Assembly: GCF_028641065.1 (NCBI RefSeq)
Contig: NC_073393.1
Coordinates: 38,688,001-38,752,000 of the forward strand
Direction: 5' to 3'
Length of the DNA stretch: 64,000 bases
Source of the DNA: Leucoraja erinacea
Lineage: Eukaryota
A program made the translations under genes and the position numbers. The notes under the pieces are model-generated. The model did not search any database. It was not told the DNA's origin and saw only the letters and a list, made by a program, of their open reading frames with translations. Below, piece after piece: positions 25,905 through 37,190 of the stretch; position 1 is the first letter of the stretch; each line of letters starts with the position of its first letter.

Positions 25905-26975
25905 ACTCGGCTATTTCTCAAGGTAAACTAATCTAGAAGATTAAGATGCATGGTGCTTTGGCAGTTTGGATTCAGAACTGACTTATCCATAGAAGACAGA
26001 GGATAATGGTGGAAAGGTGTTATTCTGGCTGGAGATCTGTGACCAGTGGGATTTTGTGCTGGTACCTCTGTTGTTTGTGATATATATATATGTGACTTGA
26101 ACAAAAATGTAGATGGTTTAGTTACTAAGTTTGCAGACACCACCAAAATTGGTCCAGTTGAGGACAATGAAGAAGGCTGTCAAAGTATACGGTAGAATAT
26201 AGTTCTATTGCAGATCTGGGCAGAGAAATGGCAGATGGAGTTTAATACAAGCAGGTGTGAACTGTCACACTCTGGGAGGTTGATTGTATGGGGAAACGAT
26301 ACAGTTAGGGTAAGACCATTAACAGCATTGATAAGCAGAGGGATCTTGTGGTCCAAGTCCTTTGCTCCTTGAAAGTGGCAATAGATGATGATAGAGGGGT
26401 AAAGAAGGCATATAGTATGCTTGTCGTTAGCAGTTTGGGCAATGAGTAAAAGATTCAGGAAATCATGCTGCAGCTTTCTAGAACTTTGGTTGGGTTGCAT
26501 TTGGATGAATGTGTCCAGTTCTGGAGGCTTTGGAGAAGGTACAGAAGAGGTTTGCTAGGATGCTGGGTATTAAGTATAAAGAGAAGTTAGAAACACATGG
26601 ATTGTTTTCTTTGAAGCATTGGAGATTGTAAGGGAAACCTGAAGTATATGAAGTTTATGAAGGGTGTAGATGGGGTAGACAGTCAGAACCTTTTTCCCAG
26701 GATAGAAATGTCAGAGGGCATAGCTCTAAGGTGAGAGGGGCAAAGTATAAAGGAAATATGCAGGACGTTTTTTTTACACTATGTGTGACAGGTACCTGGA
26801 ACGCACCCACCGCCAGGGTTGGTGTTGTAAGCAGATACAATGTGGCGTTTAAGAGGCTTTTGGAAGGCACGTGGATATGCAGGGAATGGAGAAACATGGA
26901 TCACGTGCAGGCAGAGACTAGTTTAGCTGGGCATCATGTTTGGCACTGACATTGTTGGCTGTTGTGCTATTCTAT
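25905..26975 (+). mobile_element. Degenerate CR1-like LINE 3' part
   Basis: aagtttgcagacaccaccaaaattgg (KFAD-TKIG), tgggcagagaaatggcagatggagtttaat (WAEKWQMEFN) and a typical tail. Confidence 0.8.
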
Positions 26976-27031
26976 GTTGTTAACTACACAATTTCTGACT
27001 GACGTGCATAATCTGTGTATCATTGTACAAG

Positions 27032-27144
27032 GTGACTCTGGTGAAGATGCGGACTCACATTTCTTCCTGCTATAAAGTTCAAGAACAGATGGACAACTGT
27101 CCAAAGTTTGTACCTGTTGTTCCTACTACACAGCCCATTCCCAG
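27032..27144 (+). CDS. RNF166: RNF166 exon 3 (113 bp)
   Basis: tacaag| acceptor; VTLVKMRTHISSCYKVQEQMDNCPKFVPVVPTTQPIP(S); AG|GTAAGA donor. Confidence 0.96.
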
Positions 27145-29379
27145 GTAAGATATCTGCACTACTGGTTGTAACATTGCCTCGTCCAAAGAGGTTATTGGAG
27201 TTAACTCACTATTAGAGCTATTAACTGCAAAGCATTTCAACTACCCAGTTACTACTGATACCTGCAGAGTATGATAACTTTCATGCTAAGAGTACAGCTT
27301 AAGTATTTTGGAGAAGGAGTTAACTGAAATGTATAAATTATTCTCATGCATCTTCATTTAATGGGAAATACTTTTTAAATCTTCTGAAGAAAAAAAATTA
27401 GGAAACAGCCATGTCAAATTTTTATTAAAAAAAAATTATTAAAATGCTTGTGACTTTCAACACAAACTTTCAATGAGTTTGAATATATTTGCAAAAAAAT
27501 AACTTTATACTTTATTTACCATAGTATCTTTCTTGCATGGAAATCTAGCTGAGCATTGAAGGGAGAATCTATAGAAAAATAAATGAAAACTAATAAATGA
27601 AAGTAACATTTTGAGTGTTTAAGATGAACCAGGAGTATCGAAATCAACACCTAGACCTTTTCAATGTAAGTTGTGACAGAAGTGTAACAAAGATTGAGGA
27701 AATTGCATGTCAGCAAGAAGTAGAGAGCGTGCGCATGTTGCGTGTACTGGCAGTTGGAAGAGGTACAGACTTGTAAAGAAACTTTTAAAGAAGGATCAGA
27801 ATTTTGAATTCTTTGTGTATTGAGATAAAGACCCAGTGGGGCATTGAAGAAGTGGAAACATAAGAACCCACTGCTGCTGGAATCTTGAGCAAAAAGCAAA
27901 GTGGAGTAGTCCAATCAGTCTGAAAACGGGTCTGAACCCAAAAGTCATCTGTCCATTCCCTCCACAGATGCTGCCTGAAATGCTGAGTTCCTCCAGCACT
28001 TTGTTATTTGCTCAATGACAAAGTGAAACTCTTTGATAGAATGATGCTAAAGATTCAATATATGTAAGTAAAAATGTAGATGCTCGAATAGTGTGAGCAT
28101 TGGGATGAATCCAGTTTGGAGTGAGCAGATCGTAGACATTTATGGCATGGAGGGCTCATTCAGCCCAATCTCCTTCGCCAACCTGTACATATGAGATATA
28201 TCTATCTAGATATCTTTTGAAATACAATAATATTCTGCCATCTTTTCTTGAGCAGTGATTTCCTGACCTTTTACAACAGAGCTCTTTCTCCCTGATCTTC
28301 CCTTGATCCTCTGGTTAAGAAAAATACTTTACAATTCACCTGTAATCTGTGTTCTCTCTAGTTATTGACTTGCGTGCTGCAAGATAAAAACTATGTTTAT
28401 TAATATCATTTTGCAATTGGTGAATTCAGAAACAGATAATCCAGCTATTTCACTTGGCAATTGTCTTTAATTTCTCCTCCTTATGTGATCTTAATTTCCT
28501 GAATACAAAGTAGAAGGCCTGTAAAAGGCCCCTCGGTCGCAGAAAGTAATAACCCAGACACAATTCTTTCCTTGACTTTGCAAATACAGTGGACATGTTA
28601 GTAAATGTCATGGAGCCATACAGTGTGGAAACAGGCCCTTTAGCCCAACGTGCCCCCACACCGACCAACACGCCCCACCTACACGAATCCCACCTGCCTG
28701 CATTTGGCCCATATCCTTCTAAACCTATCCTATCCATGTACCTGCCCAAACGTTTTTTAAACGTTGTGATAAATCTGCCACAACCACCTTCTATCCCAGG
28801 GACTGGCAGGACGTTCACTTGTTCCAGAACCTTTACTCGACTACCTAAATCCCCCATAAAAGAGGTTATTGTGTAGGAAAAAACATTGGCCCTCGGTGAC
28901 AGCGGAACCTTCGGTCCGAAAGGGGAACTAAATCACCTTCATAAAAGAGAAGTGGGGGGGTAATCTATATTTGGAAGAAACCAGACCTCACGTTAAAGCT
29001 CACGTTTGTGCCAAACCACCCATTCTTAATGTCCCCTAGTCTAGGGTGACAAAAGACTCCATTTATCCTATTCCCTCTCATGATACCTGAAGACTCAAAC
29101 TACATGATCTATATGAGCACTCTAACACCCCTACGCTAAAAAATTTATCCGAAGACCGACAAATTCCTACTGCACTCGTAAAAGGAATGTCCCAGTCTGC
29201 TCAACTTTCCCCTAAGCTCAGGCCATCGAGTCTTGGCAACATCCTTCTAAATCTTCTCTGCACTCTTTCCAGCTTAACAACACCTTTCCTATAACAGAGC
29301 AGACTGAACAGAATCCCTCACCGATGTCTTGTACAAATGTATGTTCACAATTTACTAAAGCCTACTAATTTTCTTTCAG

Positions 29380-29494
29380 TAATATTCCAAACCGATCCAC
29401 ATTTGTCTGCCCATACTGTGGGGCACGAAACCTTGACCAACAGGAACTAGTCAAACATTGCATGGAAAATCATCGCAGTGATCCCAACAAAGTG
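29380..29494 (+). CDS. RNF166: RNF166 exon 4 (115 bp)
   Basis: ttctttcag| acceptor; NIPNRSTFVCPYCGARNLDQQELVKHCMENHRSDPNKV; GTG|GTGAGC donor. Confidence 0.97.
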
Positions 29495-29738
29495 GTGAGC
29501 CTCCAGCTTCTTATTTACTAAGATTAACTAAAGGTTGAGATTTTTTGGCATATCTAAATAGAATGTGTAGGTCATGTTACTTTGGTGGAGTAGATACAGT
29601 GTCAGTTGGGGGCAGAAAGGAAATGTATAAAGTGAATTAATCATCTGTAGTTTCCTTTATTTAGTAGATACGGGTAGCATAGGTGGTGAGAGCAGGTATT
29701 GAGGGGGGTGGTTCTGGGATGCCAGAACTAACTCTGGA

Positions 29739-30190
29739 GCAGGGCTCGAAATTAACGGTTGCCAATGGCCATGTTGAGCAACCTAAAATCCGTGTCATTT
29801 TGCCCGGCTTGGCAAGCACCTGGGATACTTACCGTTCAATTCTGAGCTAGCCCCTCTCTCTACCCCTCTCTCTCGCTCTCGCTCTTTCTCCGCCTCCGCC
29901 TGCCATCCATGACCAGGCCGCTGAGTCTCCGCTCTCCGGCCGCTCCTCATCCGCTGGCCTACTACGGCAACTGGTCGGCGCCGGGCACTTTCTCCCTCCC
30001 TTTGCATTGTGGGAGATCTGGCTGCCATTGCTGTCCGGTCGCCGCCTCGCCGTGACTGCTGAAACCCAACGCAGAATCACTCCCTGGAGCTGGAGTAACT
30101 CTTGCTTCTTGGTTTCCTGGTCCTCCAAAATATTCCAAATGGAATTTAAGGTGAAGATGGTGGAGGGTCCATCACCAAACTCTGAACAAT
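29739..30190. mobile_element. hAT-like fragment with GC-rich interior
   Basis: Begins CAGGGCTCGAAATTAACGG; no matching right end seen. Confidence 0.4.
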
Positions 30191-31011
30191 AATAGCCTAT
30201 TGCACTTTTATCTGTTTATTGTGTATATATATGGGCTGTGGTATATAAACACACTGAACTTTTATCCCCTGTTCTGTATTATGTTTACATATTCTGTTGT
30301 GCTCTTGACTTGGACTTAAGCAAAAAAGAGCCACCTTTAGTTGCGTCTGGTTAGGTAACTATGGTAGGGTGACGACTATTCCATGCTTTAATTGTGCAGG
30401 GAAACTCCATGGAACAGCCAGCATCTCTGGATAGAAGAAATTTGGTGATGTTTCGGGTAGAGACCATTCTTTAGATTTCCTCTGGATTTAGTGTTTTTAG
30501 TTTAATTTAACGATACAGCGTGGAAACAGGCCCTTTGGCCCACCGAGTCCACACCAACCGCCAATCGCCCTACACTCGTTTTATCCCACACATTAGTGAC
30601 ATGAGTCAAGAGTGTTTTATTCTCTCACGTCCCAGTTAGAACAATGAAATCCTTACTTGCAGCAGCACAACAGAATATGTAAACATAGTACTCTGTAAAC
30701 AATGTTATAAACGAGAAAACAAAACAGTGTATATTTATATATGAATATATAGCTATATAAATATATATATATGTGTGTGTGTGTACAATTTTGAGAGGTG
30801 GTGAGAAGGACAAAGTGCATTTGTGTGGCGTGTTACTGGAAGCAGGGGTTAAGAAAACACTCAGAATTGACCCAGTCCTGCTTATGGTTTAGGAATGCTT
30901 CTAGCATTGACATCGCTGAACAAATGCACAGCACATTAAGAAATAACAAGTAAAATGAACTGGTCCTCATCATTTTATTTCCTCCTTCATTTTTTCCCCC
31001 TGCTTGTGCAG

Positions 31012-31119
31012 GTATGTCCAATTTGTGTGGCAATGCCGTGGGGAGATCCAAGCTACAAGAGTGCCAATTTTCTCCAACACTTGCTTCACAGGCACAAGTT
31101 CTCCTATGATACATTCGTG
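31012..31119 (+). CDS. RNF166: RNF166 exon 5 (108 bp)
   Basis: Polypyrimidine tract and gcag| acceptor; [36 protein letters not shown]; GTG|GTAAGC donor. Confidence 0.97.
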
Positions 31120-32598
31120 GTAAGCACAAGTTCATTACATGGGACATGTTTTCAAGCTTTTGTATCATCAGGCAACAAAATATACACCCTTGAAAGCATA
31201 TACCACCCGATTCCATCCCTGCTGTTATCAGACTCTTGATTGTGCCTCTCGTATGTTAAGAATGAATTCTCGATCACCCAATCTATGTCGCTGAGCCCTT
31301 GCATGATTTTTATGTGCATTTTCTATGTGGTTGTAACATTGTCTTCGGTACTCGTTTCCTTTCTCTTATTTTGCGTTACCTATTGTACGCGCATGGACAC
31401 AAAGTGCTGGCATAACTCAGTAGATCAAGCAGCATCTCAGGCGAACATTGATGGGTCTATCCCCATCTGCAGATATCATACACTGTTGTATGCATGTTTG
31501 GTTTGATTGTCGTCGTGTATGGACGATTTACCTGGTTTTAGCGTTCAAAGCAAGTTTTCACTATCTCAGCACACGGGACAAGAATAAACCAATACCAATA
31601 ATCATAGTGAAAAGTGTAATTAGAAAATGTCAGTAGCTTGGATTAGAAATGCGTAGACAAGTATAAAAAAATCTCGATTCTTAGAGGTCAGGGCACCATC
31701 AGATTTGATCATTGCTCGCTGTTCAGTTCGATGAATTGGCAATTGGGGTTGGAAAGGTTAGCTGTCATATTCTAGACTAATGATCAGTGACTGGTGGAAA
31801 GTGCATGTGTGTATGGATGTCAGGCTTGCAGGGTTGGATTCACCCATGGTTTCCCTCTCTTCTACATCCCTTTCTAGAAACATTTGAGTTAAGTGCTTCA
31901 GTGCAGCCAGAAAGGTCGGAAGACTGCATGGTTGTTGATTTAAATGAACATTTTATCATTTACTTTTGAATGTGAGATTTGAGAAAATGACTTTAAGGTT
32001 CTCACTGAATTAAATCATGTTGGTGCTGGAGGAGGTGTTTGCAAAATCATAATAACAGTGGTGGAAACTGAGGCAAAGTCTATGTGAGAAAAGGAGACTG
32101 GGTCGGGTGGAAGATTTGGGAATTTGACTACACAGTGGAATACAAAATGGTATTTATTCAGATGCCAGTTTATCTCAATAAATGGTTACCAAGTAATTGC
32201 ACTAGTCCCGTGGACAGTGCTGAAATAAGGGCCTAAAGTTTTTCACAACCCATCAGCTTCTAGCTGTTTGAGGAGCATGTGTACGATGCGGAAATGTGTA
32301 TTTATTTCTTCAGAAAAGCTTACACCTCTCATGGTCTGGAATAATTGATATATATTTTCATTTTCCATTCTGCTGCGGGGTTGTATTTTGATTTTACAAG
32401 CAGCTTTTCTGCATCTTTTTCTCCTTCCCCATCTCTCATATACACGCCCCCCATCTCCCAGCTCGCCTGTTTTATGCAAGTTTCACGTATCTAACTGCAG
32501 AATGAATTATTTTTTTTAGCTGGTGTTGAGGAAGTGCTTGTGTGTGCTTTCTACCACTAGGTGTCAGAATGACCTGCATTTGTCATTTTCCTTTGCAG

Positions 32599-32664
32599 GA
32601 TTACAGCATTGATGAAGATGCAGCATTACATGCAGCAATAGCACTTTCACTCACTGAGAAATGA
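32599..32664 (+). CDS. RNF166: RNF166 exon 6 coding part (UIM) and stop
   Basis: ctttgcag| acceptor; DYSIDEDAALHAAIALSLTEK-TGA. The six exons sum to 705 nt in frame. Confidence 0.96.
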   Translation, partial: DYSIDEDAALHAAIALSLTEK

Positions 32665-32694
32665 AACCGCTATCTTCACAGAGATCTCAGTGGA

Positions 32695-32880
32695 CATCCT
32701 TTGTACAGGTTAACTTCACTCTCCTGGGCAAAGGGTACCTGTTTCCCAGCATTCTGAAAGGTACTGTCATCCTCTGCACAAGTCACCTTCTCTCATCTGA
32801 GCAAACGCAACGTCCTCTCCCAGCATTCAGGAAGGTGCTGTCATCCTTTGCACAGGTCACTTCTTCATATGTACAGAGGA
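32695..32880 (+). repeat. Degenerate 73-74 bp tandem repeat just after the RNF166 stop
   Basis: Units start catcctYtgYacaRgt at 32695, 32768 and 32842. cccagcattc.g.aaggt.ctgt recurs. Confidence 0.7.
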
Positions 32881-35800
32881 AGAGGAAATGTCTGGCCCAC
32901 TTGCAAGTATTCCATAGGGCGCTCTCATGCTCAATGCGTTAGCTTTTCGCACTTGAGCACAGATCATGCTCACTTGCCCAGCATCCTGTAGGGTTATAGT
33001 AGCTCAGCCAGTCACAGCCTCTACTCAAATCTTTTTTATAAAGAACACTCGTGTATGTTAAGATGTATTGGGTACAACTTTACTCACATATTTCTACATA
33101 GTTGGGGAAGGGGATCTTTAATTTTAAGTTTATTTTTAATTTGGAGGTCATTGTGGATTTTAAAATATGAAAGGATATTTTAAAAACAGTTACAGGTGGG
33201 AATAGAAAAGTTGAGAACTGAATGAAAGAATCTTTCATGTACCATGTGTGTTATTTTCCTGCAAATCAGAGCTCGAATTTTACAGCTAATAGATTGTAAA
33301 TTTAGTGTAAACAGGGTTGAGGGGTGCATACCCATGACATGAATTTGTCTCTATTTAGCTAACTGCCATGGAAAACATCTTCCTTCTTAAATGCTTAGCC
33401 TCCTAACTGTTATCTCAATGAAAAATATGGTCGGCAGTATTGGTTGATTACCTCAGATGTTGCAGTATTACTGAATGGTGTTGAACCCAATGATTTGCAA
33501 AGTGCCAGATATTTAGATCTTTTATGTATGGAAGCCTGTTTATTCTTAAATATTTATTTAAGTTGTAACTCTGTGTTACCTCTTGCTCTTGAATGAAGAT
33601 ATCAGCAGTTTCCAAGATTTCAATTGTCACTATTTGCCCAATCCTGCTACAAAAGATGGAGTTTATGAATACCAATGAAGCTCTTGGGAACTGCTGTAAA
33701 ACTCTCATGTTGCAGGAACCTGCAGACGTTAATTCTGGATATATTGGATAACTGAAATGCCTTTTGTTTGCCATGTCATTCGTGGGTACTGCAACTATAT
33801 TTTTGATTATATGACTGTTTTGGCTTTTGGCGATATCTGGGAATGCCTGTTCATATTCACAGCCCTTATCCCAAGTCCAAGATGAATTGGTACTGAAAGT
33901 CCTTAGACTTGGAAGCTGCATGCATGATTAAATGAACAGTAACATTTGCATCATATCAATGTCCTCTGGAATGAATAGCACGTATAGGTGGATCTTTCTT
34001 TAAAGAGCACCTACAGCATTTTATTGCCAACAATCGCTGAGAGAGACTGTATTTGGGAGCACAGAAGATACTTTCAACATGTCTGGCAACCTCCCAAAAC
34101 ACTAAGGATCTTAATCTGATAGACCAAAATGTGTAGCACAAGGTCTCGCACAAAACCAGCATGGACCTTGGGGCAGTACTGTGCCTTGTCAAAGATCAGG
34201 CAATTTTATCCCACAATATGTATCCAATATGTCCAGTTTTTAATGGGTGTAATTCTTATAGTACTTCCAATAAAATGTATCAAAACTTGTAATCTGCCCA
34301 ATTTTTTTTATCAGTCCAAGCAAATATCCTTTCTTAAAATATTGGCAATTACTGTTCAAGTAATGGAATTAATTGAATGATTGTTTCAGATCAATCCATC
34401 AAATAAACCACTTTTAAATAATCACCAATTTTCCACAGGAAATTAAAACAATGTTGATCTACCTAATTTTATGCAGATGAGGCCAAGTGCCTTAACCACA
34501 GGAGGGGAAACGGTCAGAAAATAAACCCAAATTTAAATTGTATTTATTAGCAGATGCTTCAATCCAGTTTTAATTCTATTCGTGAAGGAGATCCGACTGA
34601 CTTTTATTTTACTTCTTAGAGATGCGATGCACATAGCCCGGTTGCTTAAAGAATGAAAACCGTATTCTGGAGGCCAGACTTTAACTATCTGAATGCTATC
34701 AGCAAATGACCAAAGTATACAGTTCTTCAAAAGCTCAAAAGTGAATGGAAAGCTTTGGTTTATGCAAAAAGCGTGCATGGATGTGGATGCACTTGTGTGA
34801 ATGTGTACTGTTTCATCACCAATGTCAGCAGATGTACTAATGTTTTATCTCACCAAATATAAATGTAAAATTAAAGACAGACATAAAAACAATAGAGCAT
34901 AAAATCAGAGGGTGCATAAAATAGCTGGCAGACTAAACCCAACTTTGGATAGGAACAATCAAAAGCAACCCAGACATGCCTGAGATAATGTCTGTCAAAT
35001 ATTTAATTCTGAAAAATGGTTCCTCTGAAACCTTCCAAAGCTCGGAGACTCGTCTCAGATGCATATATTTTTTATATCTCTGGTAAGGACAGGTTTCACA
35101 GTTCATTCCAAAATGTCAGGGTGTAGATTTCTGAGGCAGAACTTCAGTGGAGGCTCAGAGGGGAAAGCTTTCAGCTGTTGTTAAACCTTAATCTTTAGGG
35201 AGCAAAGAATAGCTTTAATTTTGGGTAAAACTGTTGCTATGACATTCTTGTGGATAACCAACTCTGATTCTTTTCCCGTCATGGTCTGAAGGAACTAGCT
35301 AAGGAAATCATTGTGCATATCTGAGAATAATTGGTTCGTGTTGTATGCTCTTGTAATATTGCTCCAAAGGATATGGGTGAACCTCTGACATTGCATCTTT
35401 ATCCCATGAGATAATGTATTTTATTCTCATCGTGTTATCATTATTACCATTTGAGTTATTTCTACAACATTCTATATGCTTTATTTTCCAAACATGGACA
35501 CATCCATGTTAATAGCTCATAATTCCTCCAGATTTTCCTTCCTCTTTGGCGATGTGATGGAAATGAATGGAGAAAGCTTCATTGTCACAGTTGATATCAT
35601 ATTTCCAACATTGTGAATGTGATATGGACAGGCACTGAAGAATATTGCCAGGATCCCTCTATCGTTATTCTTCGCAACAGGAATGTTACAAAAAATTTGA
35701 CACAAAGGCTATATCTACTCCAACTCACATTGTTATCCATATTAGTGCAACAAGGGTGTATGGTCTTGTTCAATTAATGAATGCGGTATTCGCTGTTGAT

Positions 35801-36452
35801 TTTGTGATAATTCATATGTTTGAATACTACGTTAAGATTGCATTACCAGAGAAAATTCATAATTATTGGGTTTATTTTCAGTAATCCTGTACCCTTACAC
35901 CATTATATTACAAGGACATAACTTGTTACTTTCATTTTCTTAACAGAGCTTGCATTGAAATGGGTATTAAATATAACTTGATAATGCATTCCTTTTAATA
36001 TATATTTATATATATATCAGTACCAACTTGTATTTGGACGATGCCTTAATGTAGCAAAGTACCCCATGGTATTTCATGCTACTACTGTGCTGCTATTTAA
36101 CAATGTTTTTGGTTGTTCTCGGTTAATGTAAAAGGAACAATGACAAATTCTAGTTCTGGTCTTATCTGCAAATTAAAAATTTAATTCCAAAGTTCAAGGA
36201 AGAGGAAGCTATTAAATAATTATTGTAGATGTTTAAAATGGCTTAAGAAGATTGAATATACTGCACAAACTCATCCGATGAATATCCTGGTGGTTAGCAA
36301 TTGCTTTAGCCAAGCCAATTCCATATGCTGCTGTGAGAGGACATAAGGGGGGGATTGCGTTTCATATATGTAGAAACATTCCAGCTGTAGCAGAGATGAA
36401 TGGCCATGCAGTCCTTTATTGAACTTTGATCTGATTCTGAAAGTCACGCATA

Positions 36453-37190
36453 GGGTGATTTCACGAAAGGTCACTGGAGCGTAGATCCGCACCCACGTGA
36501 CCGAAAATCTGAAGTGGAGTACATGCTATACATCTGGTACATGTTAGTGAATGGGGAAACACGCACTTTCACACCCGTTAAAAACATCGAAAACGGCCAG
36601 TTTTTGAGCTGCAATTTACTGTGCCAGTCGGGGTGACCGTGAGGCACAGCTACCTAAATTTACAGTCCAAAAAAAAGATAGAAACTAAGGTAAATTCAAG
36701 AGGGAGCTGAAGGTGCAAATCCAGCGGAAATGACCAGCGGACATTTGCCGTGGAGATTTAAAGATCCAAAATATCGGGAATTATCGCGTTTGCTCGCTGC
36801 ATTTCATCAAAAAAGTCAATAATGCCTTGCTTTTGATGAAATGCGGTGAGCAAATGCGATAATTCCCGATATTTTGGATCTTTAAATCTCCACGGCAAAT
36901 GTCCGCTGGTCATTTCCGCTGGATTTGCACCTTCAGCTCCCTCTTGAATTTACCTTAGTTTCTATCTTTTTTTTGGACTGTAAATTTAGGTAGCTGTGCC
37001 TCACGGTCACCCCGACTGGCACAGTAAATTGCAGCTCAAAAACTGGCCGTTTTTGATGTTTTTGACGGGTGTGAAAGTGCGTGTTTTCCCATTCACTAAC
37101 ATGTACCGGATGTATAGCATGTACTCCACTTCAGATTTTCGGTCACGTGGGTGCGGATCTACGCTCCCGTGACCTTTCGTGAAATCACCC
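36453..37190. mobile_element. Foldback MITE with two 360-bp inverted arms, an 18-bp spacer and TA flanks
   Basis: Arms 36453-36812 and 36831-37190 match at 352/360 positions with no indels. TA at 36451-36452 and 37191-37192. Confidence 0.92.

Noticed and set aside
28790-29180. Unusual sequence inside a CR1 fragment
   Set aside because: It looks like an insertion-garbled version of the LINE consensus, possibly low-quality assembly; no structure supported.
33448-33921. 157-aa minus ORF in the RNF166 3' region
   Set aside because: No domain or splice support; likely a chance ORF.
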